Part shown: in pieces, positions 51,163 through 63,021 of the stretch
How positions within the stretch are numbered: position 1 is the first letter of the stretch
Layout of the letters: the number at the start of each line of letters is the position of its first letter
Assembly (NCBI RefSeq): GCF_006345805.1
Contig: NC_043000.1
Span: 148,180,001 to 148,244,000, forward strand
Reading direction: 5' to 3'
DNA length: 64,000 nt
Source: Octopus sinensis
Taxonomy: Eukaryota
Notes under the pieces: model-generated
Database searches by the model: none
Seen by the model: only the letters and a program-made list of their open reading frames with translations
What the model was told of the DNA's origin: nothing
Translations under genes and position numbers: made by a program

Positions 51163-51197
51163 ACACTTGAGCACAGTAAAAAGAAATTTTTGCTAAC

Positions 51198-51387
51198 CTT
51201 TTGTGGCCACTTCATCATAAGATTCTGATGAAAAAGACCACGAGCCTGTGACCAGGTACCATCCAGCAGCACCAGATTATATCCCGTTCCTTGACAACTA
51301 GGAAGATCCATTATATCAATGGCATCAGATCCAGGGTAGAGTAGTATAGTATTAGGATCCTTCATTAAAGCTGCCAATTCTGGGTAT
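51198..51387 (-). CDS. DTWD2: DTWD2 exon 4: YPELAAL…LLYPG…LLDGTWSQARGLF…
   Basis: cttag/GTTAGC boundaries; DXTW catalytic motif (DGTW). Confidence 0.96.
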
Positions 51388-52115
51388 CTAAGAAATAATA
51401 TCAAAGTAATAAGAGAAAAATAGAATTAGAAATGCAGAATAGCAATAAATCAAAAGAAATTATATTTGTCTGTGAAGTATTACCTGTATATAAAGGTGGC
51501 AAATTGGCAGAATCGTTAGCATGCTGAGCAAAATGTTTAGCAGCACTTCATCCCTCTTTATGTTCAGGGTTCAAATTCCGACAAGGTCAACTTTGCTTTG
51601 CATCCTTTCAGATGTTGATATAATAAGTTCCAGCTGAGTACTGGGGTCGGTCTAAGTGACTTGCCCTGTCCTTCGAAATTGCAGGCCTTGTGCAGAAATT
51701 TGAAACCAATATTACCGGTATACTGTACACAATTCCTCTCACAGCTTACAGCTATTCATTTCGACCTTACAGCTACTCATATCTACCATAGAATTTAGTA
51801 ATTTCTTTGCTCTTTCTTCTTTAAGTGACTTCTAAAAAAATTCCAAAAGGTAAGAATTCAGCTGCTTTTGCTTGTGACTTTCATTGCTTTTTACACACAT
51901 TTACCGCTCTAGCACAGCTGGAATGATTTCTAAAAATTTATACAGCTAGATGTTCTTCTTACTATTAACCACCCACCTGAGAAGTAAGAGTGAAAACTCA
52001 AACCAAGAAGAGCAGTCCGCCTTGTACAAAACCAGGAGAGCTACAGTAGGCTTTGAACTCATGACCTTGTCTCCAAACAATAATTATCACTATATTGAAA
52101 AAATATATTACTTAC

Positions 52116-52210
52116 TTTTCAGGTGAGAACCTTTTACCACGAATAATATGGCATTTTCCAGGTGGAAGGCTGTGATACAACATAGGAACTGTACGCAGAC
52201 ATTGGTTATC
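52116..52210 (-). CDS. DTWD2: DTWD2 exon 3: DNQCLRTVPMLYHSLPPGKCHIIRGKRFSPEK
   Basis: ttgtag/GTAAGT boundaries, phase 0 to 2; LRTVP motif. Too short for the ORF track. Confidence 0.93.
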
Positions 52211-54151
52211 CTACAAAATTTTAAAATAAATGATTTAAAATAATTACATACTCTCCAGAGAAATCAGATCTTTATGTAGATTAGGAAACAATTATATTTT
52301 GAAGGAGTAATTAGAAGTCTTGTCAGGACAAAATATTTAAATGAAGCTCAATACAAAATATTTCCCATTAGTATTTTTTCAAGTTAAGAAAACTTTAAAC
52401 TAAAGAATAATAAACTGCTTTTTTAACAGTTTTATAGTTCTTTATTTTAAAGTTTTTTTAACTTAGTGCCACAAAAAGAGCTCTCATACCAGCGCCATGA
52501 AAAGAGTACCTATGTCAGCATCACATAAAGAGCATCTGTGCCAGCACTATGTAAAAATTAACATGTGCTAGAGCCATGTAAAAAGCATCCAGTACATTAT
52601 GTAAAGTGGTTGACATTAAGAAGGGCATCCAGCTGTAGAAACCATGCCAAAACTGACGACTGGAGTCTGGTGCAGCCCTCCAGTTTGCCAGCTCCTGTCA
52701 AACTGTCCAACTCATGCCAGCATGGAAAAAAGACATTAAATGATAATGATGATGATAAAACTCTTCCACAGTTTGTTTGTCCATTCATTCAGTAAACCAT
52801 GCTAGTGCAGGCAGGATAAAGATGCCACACATTAAGACCATGTGGTAACAAAGTGAATGACGTATCCATCAGACATGCCTAACAATGACAAGAGTCGACT
52901 GTATCATCTATCATCCACTCACAAGGTTCTGGTTGGCCCAGTGGTTTTAGTAGAAGACACTTGCCCAAGGTGCTACATGGTAGAACTGGACCTGAAACCA
53001 TGTGGTTGGGAAGCAAAATTTTTGATCACACAACCATGCCAGCATCTCTTAGATATCACCAATCATCATCATTATCGTTTAACGCCTGTTTTCCGTGCTA
53101 GCACGGGTTGGACGGTTTGACCAGAATCTGGGAAGCCTGGAGGCTGCCCCAGGCTCCAGTCTAATCTGGCAGTGTTTCTACAGCTGGATGCTCTTCCTAA
53201 CGCCAACCACTCCGTGAGTGTAGTGGGTGCTTTTTACATGCCAGGGAAGGCTGGCAGCAGCCACGATCGGTTGGTGCTTTTTACGTGCCACCAGCACAGA
53301 AGCCAGTCAAAGCAGCACTGGCATCGGTCAAGGTTCGGATGGTGCTTTTTACGTGCCACCGGCACATGTATCACAACTATAATTTCCATTTGATATTTAT
53401 TTTGATGTTGATGTACTTGACTCAATAGGTCTCCTCAAGCACAGCAGGTCATGTGCCACCGGCACAGAAGCCAGTCAAGGTGGCAGAAAAGTTTATTGAT
53501 TCCTGAAACTAAATTACAATGTGTTTGAAAGGAGTAGCAGGATTTTTTATGCTATTAGTATGAGTAACTTCCTAATCCTGATACTATATGAGACACACTG
53601 TGTTTTATTTTACAAGATTAATGTAATTCCATACATTTGCTATTTCTTAAATAAATATGAACTAAACTATTGTGCTTTTGAGAAGACTCTTTTACTTGTT
53701 TCAGTCTTTTGACTGCAGCCATGCTGGAGCACCGCCTTTAGTCAAGCAAATCGACCCCAGGACTTATTCTTTGTAAGCCTAGTACTTATTCTATTGGTCT
53801 CTTTTGCCAAACCACTAAGTTACAGGGATGTAAACACACCAGCATCGGTTGTCAAGCGATGATGGAGAAACAAACACAGACACACAAACACATATATATA
53901 CACATACATATATACAACAGGCTTCTTCCAGTTTCCGTCTACCAAATCCACTCACAAGGCTTTGGTCGGCCCAAGGCTATAGTAGAAGACACTTGCCCAA
54001 GGTGCCATGCAGTGGGACTGAACCCAGAACCATGTGGTTGGTAAGCAAGCTACTTACCACACAGCCACTCCTGCGCCTATAATATTGAGATTATATATTT
54101 TTAGTGAGAAAATATTTGGAAAAATCAAATATATGTCAAAAGTCTGTATAC

Positions 54152-54242
54152 CTCAAATGGATGTTGAAGAATATAAACTGTGGTAGAAAGTTGAATTGGT
54201 TCTCGTGGGAGATACGGGCACCAGCAGACTGTCACAGGACGG
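54152..54242 (-). CDS. DTWD2: DTWD2 exon 2: RPVTVCWCPYLPREPIQLSTTVYILQHPFE
   Basis: tctttag/GTATAC boundaries, phase 2 to 0; RPxxxCxC and QHPxE motifs. Not in the ORF track. Confidence 0.94.
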
Positions 54243-54879
54243 CTAAAGAATATACAAACAATTCTGGATGAATCACTAACAAAAAAAATTTAAATGTTAT
54301 GTATGGATACATAGATTTTACTAACAAAAATTGCACAATATCAGTGCTTAGTGGCATTTATTTTGGCTCTTCACACTCTGGGTTCAAATCCCAGGTCAAC
54401 TTTGCTTTTCATCCTTTTGGGGTCAATAAAATAAGTACCAGTTGATTACTGGGGGTCAATGAAATCAACTTACCCTCTCCCTAGAAATTGCTGGCCATGA
54501 GCCAAAATTTGAAATAATTTTTTTCTCCCTCTCTCTTTTTTTTTTTTTTAAAGTATTTTCAGTCAGTTAAATGATCTACTTTTAATTGGTTGAAAATAAC
54601 TGATTATTATCAACAAACTATTCTATACATAAAACTCTATTTTACAAAATAATATATTTAAAAAAGATATCTACAATCTATAGCACATATTTTATAATAA
54701 AAATTATTCTATATTCAAATTGTTCCATTGATGATTATTCAACAAAATAACATATTTACAAAAATATTTTATAGAAAGTTGTTTCAAGGCTAGATAAAAA
54801 GTCATGTTGGCAAGAGATTGGTGCGATAAAGTCAGTTGATGAAAATTTGTTCAATAAAATGTTATTGTTTTATAAACAA

Positions 54880-55460
54880 CAACTTTAATAAAAACCCATG
54901 TCTATCTCTCTCCCTCTCTTGTTTTGTATCCTTTCTGGGTTTTCTCTGCCACCCTTCTTCTCCTCTCCTCTTCACCGTTCCGTCTCTCTCACTCCTCCTC
55001 CTTGACTCTCTTGTCGCTGACACGTGACGAAAGAGAATCTATCTTTCTGACCACTACCTTCGTAAAGACAACACGTGCTTATACTTGTCTCCTCTCATAA
55101 TCTCGTCCTGCTAGCGTCCATAATAATGTTTCTATTGTCTTGGCTTAACAGCCCTCACCGTTGTTTTTACTGTCTTGTTCTCACTGTCCTGTTCTTGTTA
55201 CCATTTTCACCCTCCGCAAAAAATCCCAAATTTTATTTAATTTGCTTTGCGGGAAGGACTGTTTCAACGAAGTCGCGTCTTGTCCTTACGTTTGAAATGC
55301 GGAGTAGATGAAACAGGGAAAACTAAAGAAGGGAAATATCCTTTATGTTGTATGTCTCGTTTCTCTGTTTTTTTCATTGTTCAAAAAAAGTTTGTTCCTA
55401 TGTTTTTGTTTCTCATTGTTTTCAACATTTTTTTGATGTCCTGTACCCATATATGCATGT
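54880..55460. mobile_element. Unclassified CpG-rich interspersed repeat, possibly a Penelope-type terminal repeat
   Basis: Abrupt compositional shift, CpG retention, pyrimidine-rich tracts, adjacent TA microsatellite; no diagnostic coding motif. Confidence 0.3.
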
Positions 55461-55535
55461 ATATATACATATATATGTAGGTATGTATATGTAGGTATGT
55501 ATACATATGTATGTATATATGCATATATATATATA

Positions 55536-55590
<55 letters not shown>
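55450..55590. repeat. Compound (TATG)/(TA)n microsatellite
   Basis: Direct reading. Confidence 0.95.
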
Positions 55591-56793
55591 GTAAAAAGCA
55601 CCCACTACACTCATGGAGTGGTTGGTATTAGGAAGGGCATCCAGCCGTAGAAACATTACCAGATCAAACTGGGCCTGGTGCAGCCTTCTGGCTTCCCAGA
55701 CCCCAGTTGAACCGTCCAACCCATGCTAGCATGGAAAGTGGATGCTAAACGATGATGGTGATGATGATGATATATATATACATATATATGTGGAGGGGGG
55801 GGGGGACAGACGGTATGTGTGTCTTTCCTAGTCTTGACATCACACAATGGTTGAAATCAAAAATTACTCTCATACAAGCAGTATGGTTTCATTTCTAATC
55901 TTCTTTAGAAACAGGTCTTGCCATGGAGAAATATTACCTTGCTTAGAGAGGCAAGAGTTGGCAACAGGAAGGGCATATGGCTGTAGAAAATCTATCTTAA
56001 TGAATTCCATCCAAACCACGGAAGCATGGAAAAATAGATGTTAAAATGAAGATGATGATGATAATGATGTTACAATATAGTATTAAGTGGAAAGAAAATA
56101 CAGATTAGAGATAGGGGACAAGAAATGTAGTATGGTTTTGATGTTACTAGGATTGTGTGGTTGGTCATGGCTGGACTATAGTTTACAGATATTGGTGTGG
56201 AGGATGGAAAATTGTCCAGAGAATGATTTTCAAACTTTTTTTTTCATAGATTTTGTTTAACTTTTAACAGCAAAATCATCTGCATTTGTCCTTAGTCAAG
56301 CTGGAAATCAGTATTTTGAGGCGAGCCTCACAAAATTCATTATTGTTGGGGAGGAGACCAATTACAAACGAAAGAGAACAAGGTATATGATTAGATAGCA
56401 TTTGAAGGTGTTACCCAGGTACATACATTTGGGCCATACAAAATTTCTCCCTGTACCCTCTTAAAGTAAATGGCAACACTGAAAGAAGTCTTTTTGACCC
56501 TCAAACTGAGGGCTGACAAGTGAGTGAATTTCACAAAGGGTACTCAAAAGTAACCAGTTGATGGTGTTATAATCAGGCTCTCATCTTTTTTGCTTCGGTT
56601 GTCAGCAATGATTCTCAACAAAAATCTGATCATTAACAAATGTTTGATTCCAACATTATACACCGTAAAATTTAAAACGTTCTCTTCATTCTACTATTCA
56701 GCTTCTAACTGGCATTTTACAACAGAATATCAAATAAAGAGGTATGATTTAATCTGTACTTTGTAATTAATTTTGTCCAACGTTTGATGGGTT

Positions 56794-56825
<32 letters not shown>

Positions 56826-58050
56826 ATCGATATTTTCAAGTTATTATTCCTAACTTCTCAACTGATATTTCTTTATAGCGTTAAAACAAAATGATAAATG
56901 TTTGTGATACAAGTTATTAACAATAGTTTTCCAATAGAAATTCGAACTGATTTTCTTCTAATTCATTTGAATATCATGTGTATTTTAATCTCGTCTAGAA
57001 TCGTTTCACTTCCGTTTATCTTGACTTGTACAACGGCTTAATCAGATGGAAGTGATGAAACGCAAGTAATTTTTGAATACAAACAAAACAGCATCTATAT
57101 TATGTAGCCATATATATATATATAAAAGATATAACTTTATACTATTTAACTCATTACTATAGCGACGAACGATCTGTATAAGGAAGTCCTATGAAGGATA
57201 AAATTAATCGGAGAGTTGGCAGAAACATTAGCTTAACGGTATTTCGCTTGTCGTTACGTTGTGAGTTCAAATTCCGCAGAGGTTGACTTTGCCTTTCATC
57301 CTTTCGGGGTCGATAAATTAAATATCAGTTACGCACTGGGGTCGATGTAATCGACTTAATACCCATGTCTGTCTTTGTTTGTCCCCTCTATGTTTAGCCC
57401 CTTGTGGGTAATAAAGAAATAGGTGTGCAGTAGTTCAAAGAAGCAAAAAATTTACGATAATAACAACTTAATCACGTTGGTTAGCAATAAGAATTAGCCA
57501 AATGAGCTTTATACTAAATTTACCTTAAATTTTCCCTCTTATTAATTTAAGAGACATAAAAGTAGTATGTGCATTATTGCGAGTTACGAAATAACCTTAT
57601 ATAAACTTTGTAAGAGTTAGAGCGACAAAGGAAATAACATGATAATGTCGTTTGTCGACAGAGATATAACTACTTTCGTTTAGGATACATAATTTGTTGA
57701 CCTACACCGCTGAGCAAATTTAGTTAATATTCTCAAGAAAGAGCAGAAATAGATAATTTGTGAAGTGCCCGTTGAGCAAGGTTTGTTAATATTCTCATGA
57801 AAGACATGTGATGAAGTGTTAGGAGGTTTCAAACATGAATTTACAAATATCTAGTAAAAATGCTATTTCTAAAAACAATACACAGAGGTTCGAAAGAACT
57901 AATATAAATTAGATACTGAGCTTAATATATTAATCAATGTGAAACTGACTACAAAATTAATTGGTGAATTGTTAACACTAGTAACAATCAAAACGTGGAG
58001 CCGATTGCTTAAACATGGAGTATTGTGATTTAAATGCTTTGTTTACTAAC

Positions 58051-58154
58051 CAACACCGGCTACATGTCTGACGTTTGGTATTAATAACAGGTTCTTCATT
58101 TGCAAAATCATAAAGATCGTCCAAGAAAGATTCTGTCTCGACGTTGTCATCCAT
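58051..58154 (-). CDS. DTWD2: DTWD2 exon 1: MDDNVETESFLDDL…KRQTCSRC (alternative in-frame ATG at 58193)
   Basis: Open frame, donor TG|GTTAGT in phase 2, giving CSRCCRP across the junction. Total CDS 756 nt. Confidence 0.88.
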
Positions 58155-58241
58155 AACCAACTCTTGTACGAAGCCAGCAAATACATGGTTCAAGGGAGTT
58201 AACTCTCGAACTCAGCTGGCATTTAGTTCCTGTTTGTTGCA

Positions 58242-58326
58242 GCGCCTATCCTAGTGAATAGGATGTCCGGCTCATAATCCTAACGTCACCGGTTCAATTC
58301 CTGGACCAAGCAATGCGCTGTGTCTT
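58242..58326 (+). mobile_element. Truncated SINE head with tRNA-Met-like CTCATAA loop
   Basis: A-box-like TAGTGAATAGG, B-box GGTTCAATTCC, then gcgctgtgtctt as in the local SINEs; acceptor stem does not pair. Confidence 0.5.
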
Positions 58327-58333
58327 TAAAAAA

Positions 58334-58585
58334 CAGCTGCGGGTTAAACTAAAGCGTTACACCATTCAAAGAAACAAAAAAAAAATGTGTGTAATAGGTG
58401 TAAAACAACTTCCTCTGAACGAATATGAAAAAACAATGCGCGCACGCGAAAGGGGAGTGGGGGAAGAGGCCACGGAAAATTCACATCGGGAATTTCCGAA
58501 AGCGTCTGAGTTGTTTTACACCTATTACACACATTTTTTGTTTGTTTCTTTGAATGGTGTAACGCTTTAGTTTAACCCAGCTGCG
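58334..58585. mobile_element. MITE with about 70 bp near-perfect TIRs in the DTWD2 upstream region
   Basis: gggttaaactaaagcgttacaccattcaaagaaac… mirrored by …gtttctttgaatggtgtaacgctttagtttaaccc; agctgc directly repeated on both flanks. Confidence 0.85.
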
Positions 58586-60197
58586 TACGGGTATCCTCCC
58601 CCAATCTATCAAATCTTAGGTGTTCCACTGGCTCAAAGGGTGAGAGTCGAGCTCTAAATCTACTCGCTCCTCCAGAGGCACCTACAACAATCAATGAAAT
58701 CATGATGCATGTTGGCAAGCCATACTCATTCGCAAGTGACGGCTGGCTCGAATTAATTTATTTAACATCCCGTTACACTTACTTTTAGATTAAAAAACAG
58801 GCTCATTAAAAAAGCCAACTAGAAATAAGTATGTAGTGAGGGAGTAAACAACAACAACATTGACTAATATTATTGGAATTCTTTCGGCAAGTACCGGAGA
58901 AAACTCTGGATATGTTCCAATCTTATAGATATATTTCTTTATTGCCCACAAAGGGCTAAACATAGAGGGGACAGACAAAGGGATTAAGTCGATTATACTG
59001 ACCCCAGTGCGTAACTGGTACTTAATTTATCGACCCCGAAAGGATTTTCTCCCCTCCATACACACACAAGCTTATATCTGACTCATGCATTGTTCGCTTT
59101 CCAGACATTTGTACATTGCTGCATATACTCTGACAAGTTGTGGTGCACCTGAGCACTATATACAATAATTTCATTATTATATTATTATTATTATGAAAGG
59201 CAAAGTCGACCTCGGCGGAATTTGAACTCACAACGTAACGGCAGACGAAATACGGCTACGCATTACGCCCGGCGTGCTAACGATTCTGCCAGCTCGAGAT
59301 ATCCTCAGGGAAGTATGGAGTTCACTCTGTCGAAATAGTGATGGAAAATTCGCTGAACAGATGTACAGAAATGTACACTAGTAAACGGAAAAAAAAAAAC
59401 CCTGCAAAAAACTAGGATTTGCTAAGTGAATAAATTATATAGAAATACTATCAGCGCAAAAAAAAAAAAAAAAACATCAAGCTGAATATACTTAATGCAG
59501 AGAGCATTAAAAAGATAGGCAAATATGTATTTCTTTACTGCCCACAAGGGGCTAAACACAGAGAGGACAAACAAGGACAGACAAACGGATTAAGTCGATT
59601 ACATCGACCCCAGTGCGTAACTGGTACTTAATTTATCGACCCCGGAAGGATGAAATGCAAAGTCGACCTCGGCGGAATTTGAACCCAGAACGTAACGGCA
59701 GACGAAATACGGCAAATACGGTGATGTTTATGGGCTTGGCCGTGTGGTTACTTCGTTTAACTGAATTCAATAGAATTTTCACCGAGGGTGGTCATGCAAC
59801 ATGTCCGGAGTTATCTACCGTGCCCAAAGAACGGTAATGATAGCAAGGAATGATTAATGTCTCCTCATTACATAAGAATTTACAGATAGTCTTGGGGTTT
59901 TTTCAATGCCTCCAGCTTTCTAAGATTTCGCCTGTTAATAGTAACTTTTAGATATAGTGGAAACTATTTATTGTAGACCACTTTAGGAGGAAGCATTTCA
60001 GATTACACTAACTCTGTTTCGGTTCCAATTTATTAACGATAAAATATGATTACAAATATATTTATACTTTTCGAACGTGATATACAAAAGGATATAATAA
60101 TGCACATACGCGTTAAAGCCAAATAAAATATATTTATATACGAAACTAATTTAATAATTGCATATATTACGAGTATGTATATGATACTTAGGTACGT

Positions 60198-60730
60198 GGG
60201 GCAAAATGAGTAACCTTTACTGCATTTTTGATAGAATATAATTTTTACAAGTGTTCACTATCTTACAAAAACTATACCAGCTAAGCAAATGACCTTTTCT
60301 AAATACATTAAAAACATCATAACATGATCTGGTCACTATTTCAGAAAATTATCAGTTCTCTTTCAGTATATAAAAGACAAATTCGCGTGGGGCAAAATGA
60401 GTAAGCCAAGATAAGGTAAATTTTCCCCTTCAATTCTTCAGGATCACATTTGAAAACAGACTCATGCACATCAATATCCATCCTAAGATATCAGAAAGAT
60501 CAGAAATGCTTTAAAAAATATTAATAAATTAATATCTAGGTCAAATAACAAATGATCAGGGGAAAATGACACATGATATGAACTTGACTAAATAAAAAAG
60601 AAAAAGTCAGCATAAAATATTCTCTATAGTTTGTTCACGATCTGCTGGAGTGGCTGTCTTCCCGATATATTTACACGCTATGCAGTAAAGTGAAGGAATT
60701 ATTGAAATAAGTCATAACTCATTTTACCCC
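60198..60730. repeat. Repeated GGGGCAAAATGAGTAA motif (two direct, one degenerate, one inverted); probable DNA transposon relic
   Basis: Copies at 60198-60213, 60389-60404, about 60559-60570, and inverted at 60716-60730. Confidence 0.55.
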
Positions 60731-61399
60731 ATTTTAGACATCATTTTTTTGAAACCTGAAAATTATCAAATTAGAGCTAAGTGCGGGAAAAAATTGATTT
60801 GAAATCCAACAGAAAAAAGAATGTTGATTGTTAAACACCAAAAATTATCCAGATACTTTATTAGCAACCTCAGTTACAATGGGGTCAAAGTTGAGGGAAA
60901 ATTTCTCGAAAAAATGTATCTGTCATTTGATTATGCTCCAAACTCCAACAACTATGCTGGCCAATTTTTGCACCTGAAGCTGATGCAGCAGTACAAAATG
61001 ATGATGCAATAGTTGCAATATAATGATTTCGAGCAGGTAGGGAGAAAATAATGAGAAATCAGAAATTACTAATTTACCCCGTTTTATAATTTTGCAGCCC
61101 CCTCTCCATATAATACAAAACCACATTAAAGTACAAATTTCAAACCAAAGAAAACACAAACATGACCAAAGAAAGAAGAAAAAAGGATGGAAAAGAGGAA
61201 GAAAGAAAGAAAGAAAAAAGAAAAGAGCATTTATTCAACACAAAGTACTTCAGTTGGTCACACACCATAAGGTCCAATGGAACCTACTGAAGCAAGTCAG
61301 CACGCTCGCGATATTACCACGGCGAGCTGCAGAAACGTTAGCACGCCGGGTCGATATAATTGACTGAATCCGTTTGTCCTTGTTTGTCCCCTTGTGGGT

Positions 61400-61556
61400 A
61401 ATAAAGAAACAGATATTACCACAGGTGAGAGCGTTGGAACAACCAAGCACCCTCATGAGTATCACCTGACATCTCGGTAAGGAAGCCACCAACAATGACA
61501 AGGACTTCGCTGTTAGCGATCCAGCTCTTCCAAATGTCTCAAACGCCACAGGCTAG
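61400..61556 (-). mobile_element. CRE-clade (restriction-like endonuclease) non-LTR retrotransposon C-terminal fragment
   Basis: PVAFETFG, then after a frameshift LTEMSGDTHEGAWLFQR, matching the PxAFETxG…GDxRExxxLxQRLS REL signature. Confidence 0.6.
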
Positions 61557-62727
61557 AATAAATAGTTCACTGATAAATCCCGATACACTGTCCCTAATTG
61601 TCATAAGCGGTTTTCCTTGTATCAAACCTTTGTTTTCACATATTACTTATGTAAATGCTGATTTCTAATTGTGGTTCAAGACTATGGAAAACGGATGCTA
61701 AACGATGATGATGATGATGATGATGATATATATATATATGTGTGTGTGTGTAGTGGCTTCATGCAGGCATAGCATGGATTTGATCCTCGATAGCTGAATT
61801 TCACTTAACAGTTCAACAGCACTTTTCTCATGGCAAAACAATAGTTTTCTGAGTGACAGCAGTTACATTTGCCAGATGCCTTCGCTAAGCAGAATAATGT
61901 CTTTGCCACTTGACCCTTCTGATCTCATCTAGGCCACCAAAAACTAGAATAGAGATAACAGACCACCAATGAAATCTATTCTTCTCAACAATATGTTTAT
62001 CCTTCTGGCTGGTTTTGGATAGTTATAAAAACAAGAACTCCGTAAGCCAAAGGTTGTGAGAGCCGAGTCTGGCTGACCAATTGAACAAAGAACTAAAGAA
62101 CTACAGTCTTCATATCAACAGTCGCTAAACCAGAAGAAAAGAATGACAACCTTTGTCACCATCAAAATGTATTCTTTATTATGATAATACAATATCAATA
62201 CATAGAGGGGACAATACAGGACATTACAAGCAAATAGTGTTCATGAGTCTGTTTAATGAGTTTTTTAAAATAGGATGATTTATATTAAATATAATTAACA
62301 TTTTACGCTTAAAATTTTACACTTTAGCTGTGAAGTCCACTGGCTACACCGTACGCTTTTACTACGGATGAATTAAGCAGGGTCATTCACCCCCAACTTC
62401 CTTTCCACATCGTTCCATCTTTTTCCGTATGCACTTTGCGTCAGGCGTCTTTTCTCCAGCTTGATCTTACTCTTCGGATGATAGCAAACCAGGGATGGAA
62501 ATGAATAATCCCGTCACGACGCCTTTCATTCTAGTTTTCCATATACACTCTTTCAACACTGCAACTGTGCATAAAAAAAACATGCCTCACCTTCCTTTGA
62601 TAGTCCGGGTGGCAGTGAAATCTTAATCATGCACTCAGCACGTGTTCTGCATAAACTATCAAGCCCGAAAGCTCTGGGCACTGTACAAGGGTGTGCAGAA
62701 CGGTTTCAACATCCTGTCAGCACCTCG

Positions 62728-63021
62728 TCATGAGGCTGAAGAGATGGTAGTCTGAAGGCGCTAAATTATTCCAGTGTCAAGGAAGTGAAAACTGTAGTGA
62801 AGAAGTGGCTCAAAGAACAGTCAACAGAATTTTACGGGGCAGGGATACATGCTCTCATTCGAAGGTGGAACATTGCTATTGAGAGAAACGGTGACTATGT
62901 TGAGAAGAAAGGATGTGATCTACAGAGGACCAGCTTCATTTTGATGTATGATACATGTTCCTGTGTTGGTAATTATACCTGTCCTAAACAAAATGGCATT
63001 ATTTTTTGACTCACCCTCGTA
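62728..63021 (+). mobile_element. Mariner transposon 3' relic with right TIR
   Basis: FYGAGIHALIRRWNIAIERNGDYVEK C-terminus; TIR ttttttgactcaccctcg-TA; APSDYHLF motif on the opposite strand at 62728-62761. Confidence 0.85.

Noticed and set aside
55240-55310. Possible hammerhead (AAGGAC/GTCCTT stem followed by GAAA)
   Set aside because: No CUGANGA core and no stem I.
31093-58193. GRWD1 and DTWD2 as a functional translation-related cluster
   Set aside because: Two adjacent housekeeping genes 7 kb apart with separate promoters; no sign of co-transcription in the sequence.
62330-62560. CpG-rich segment with faint RTE C-terminal resemblance (also 11640-11940)
   Set aside because: Too degenerate to assign without alignment.
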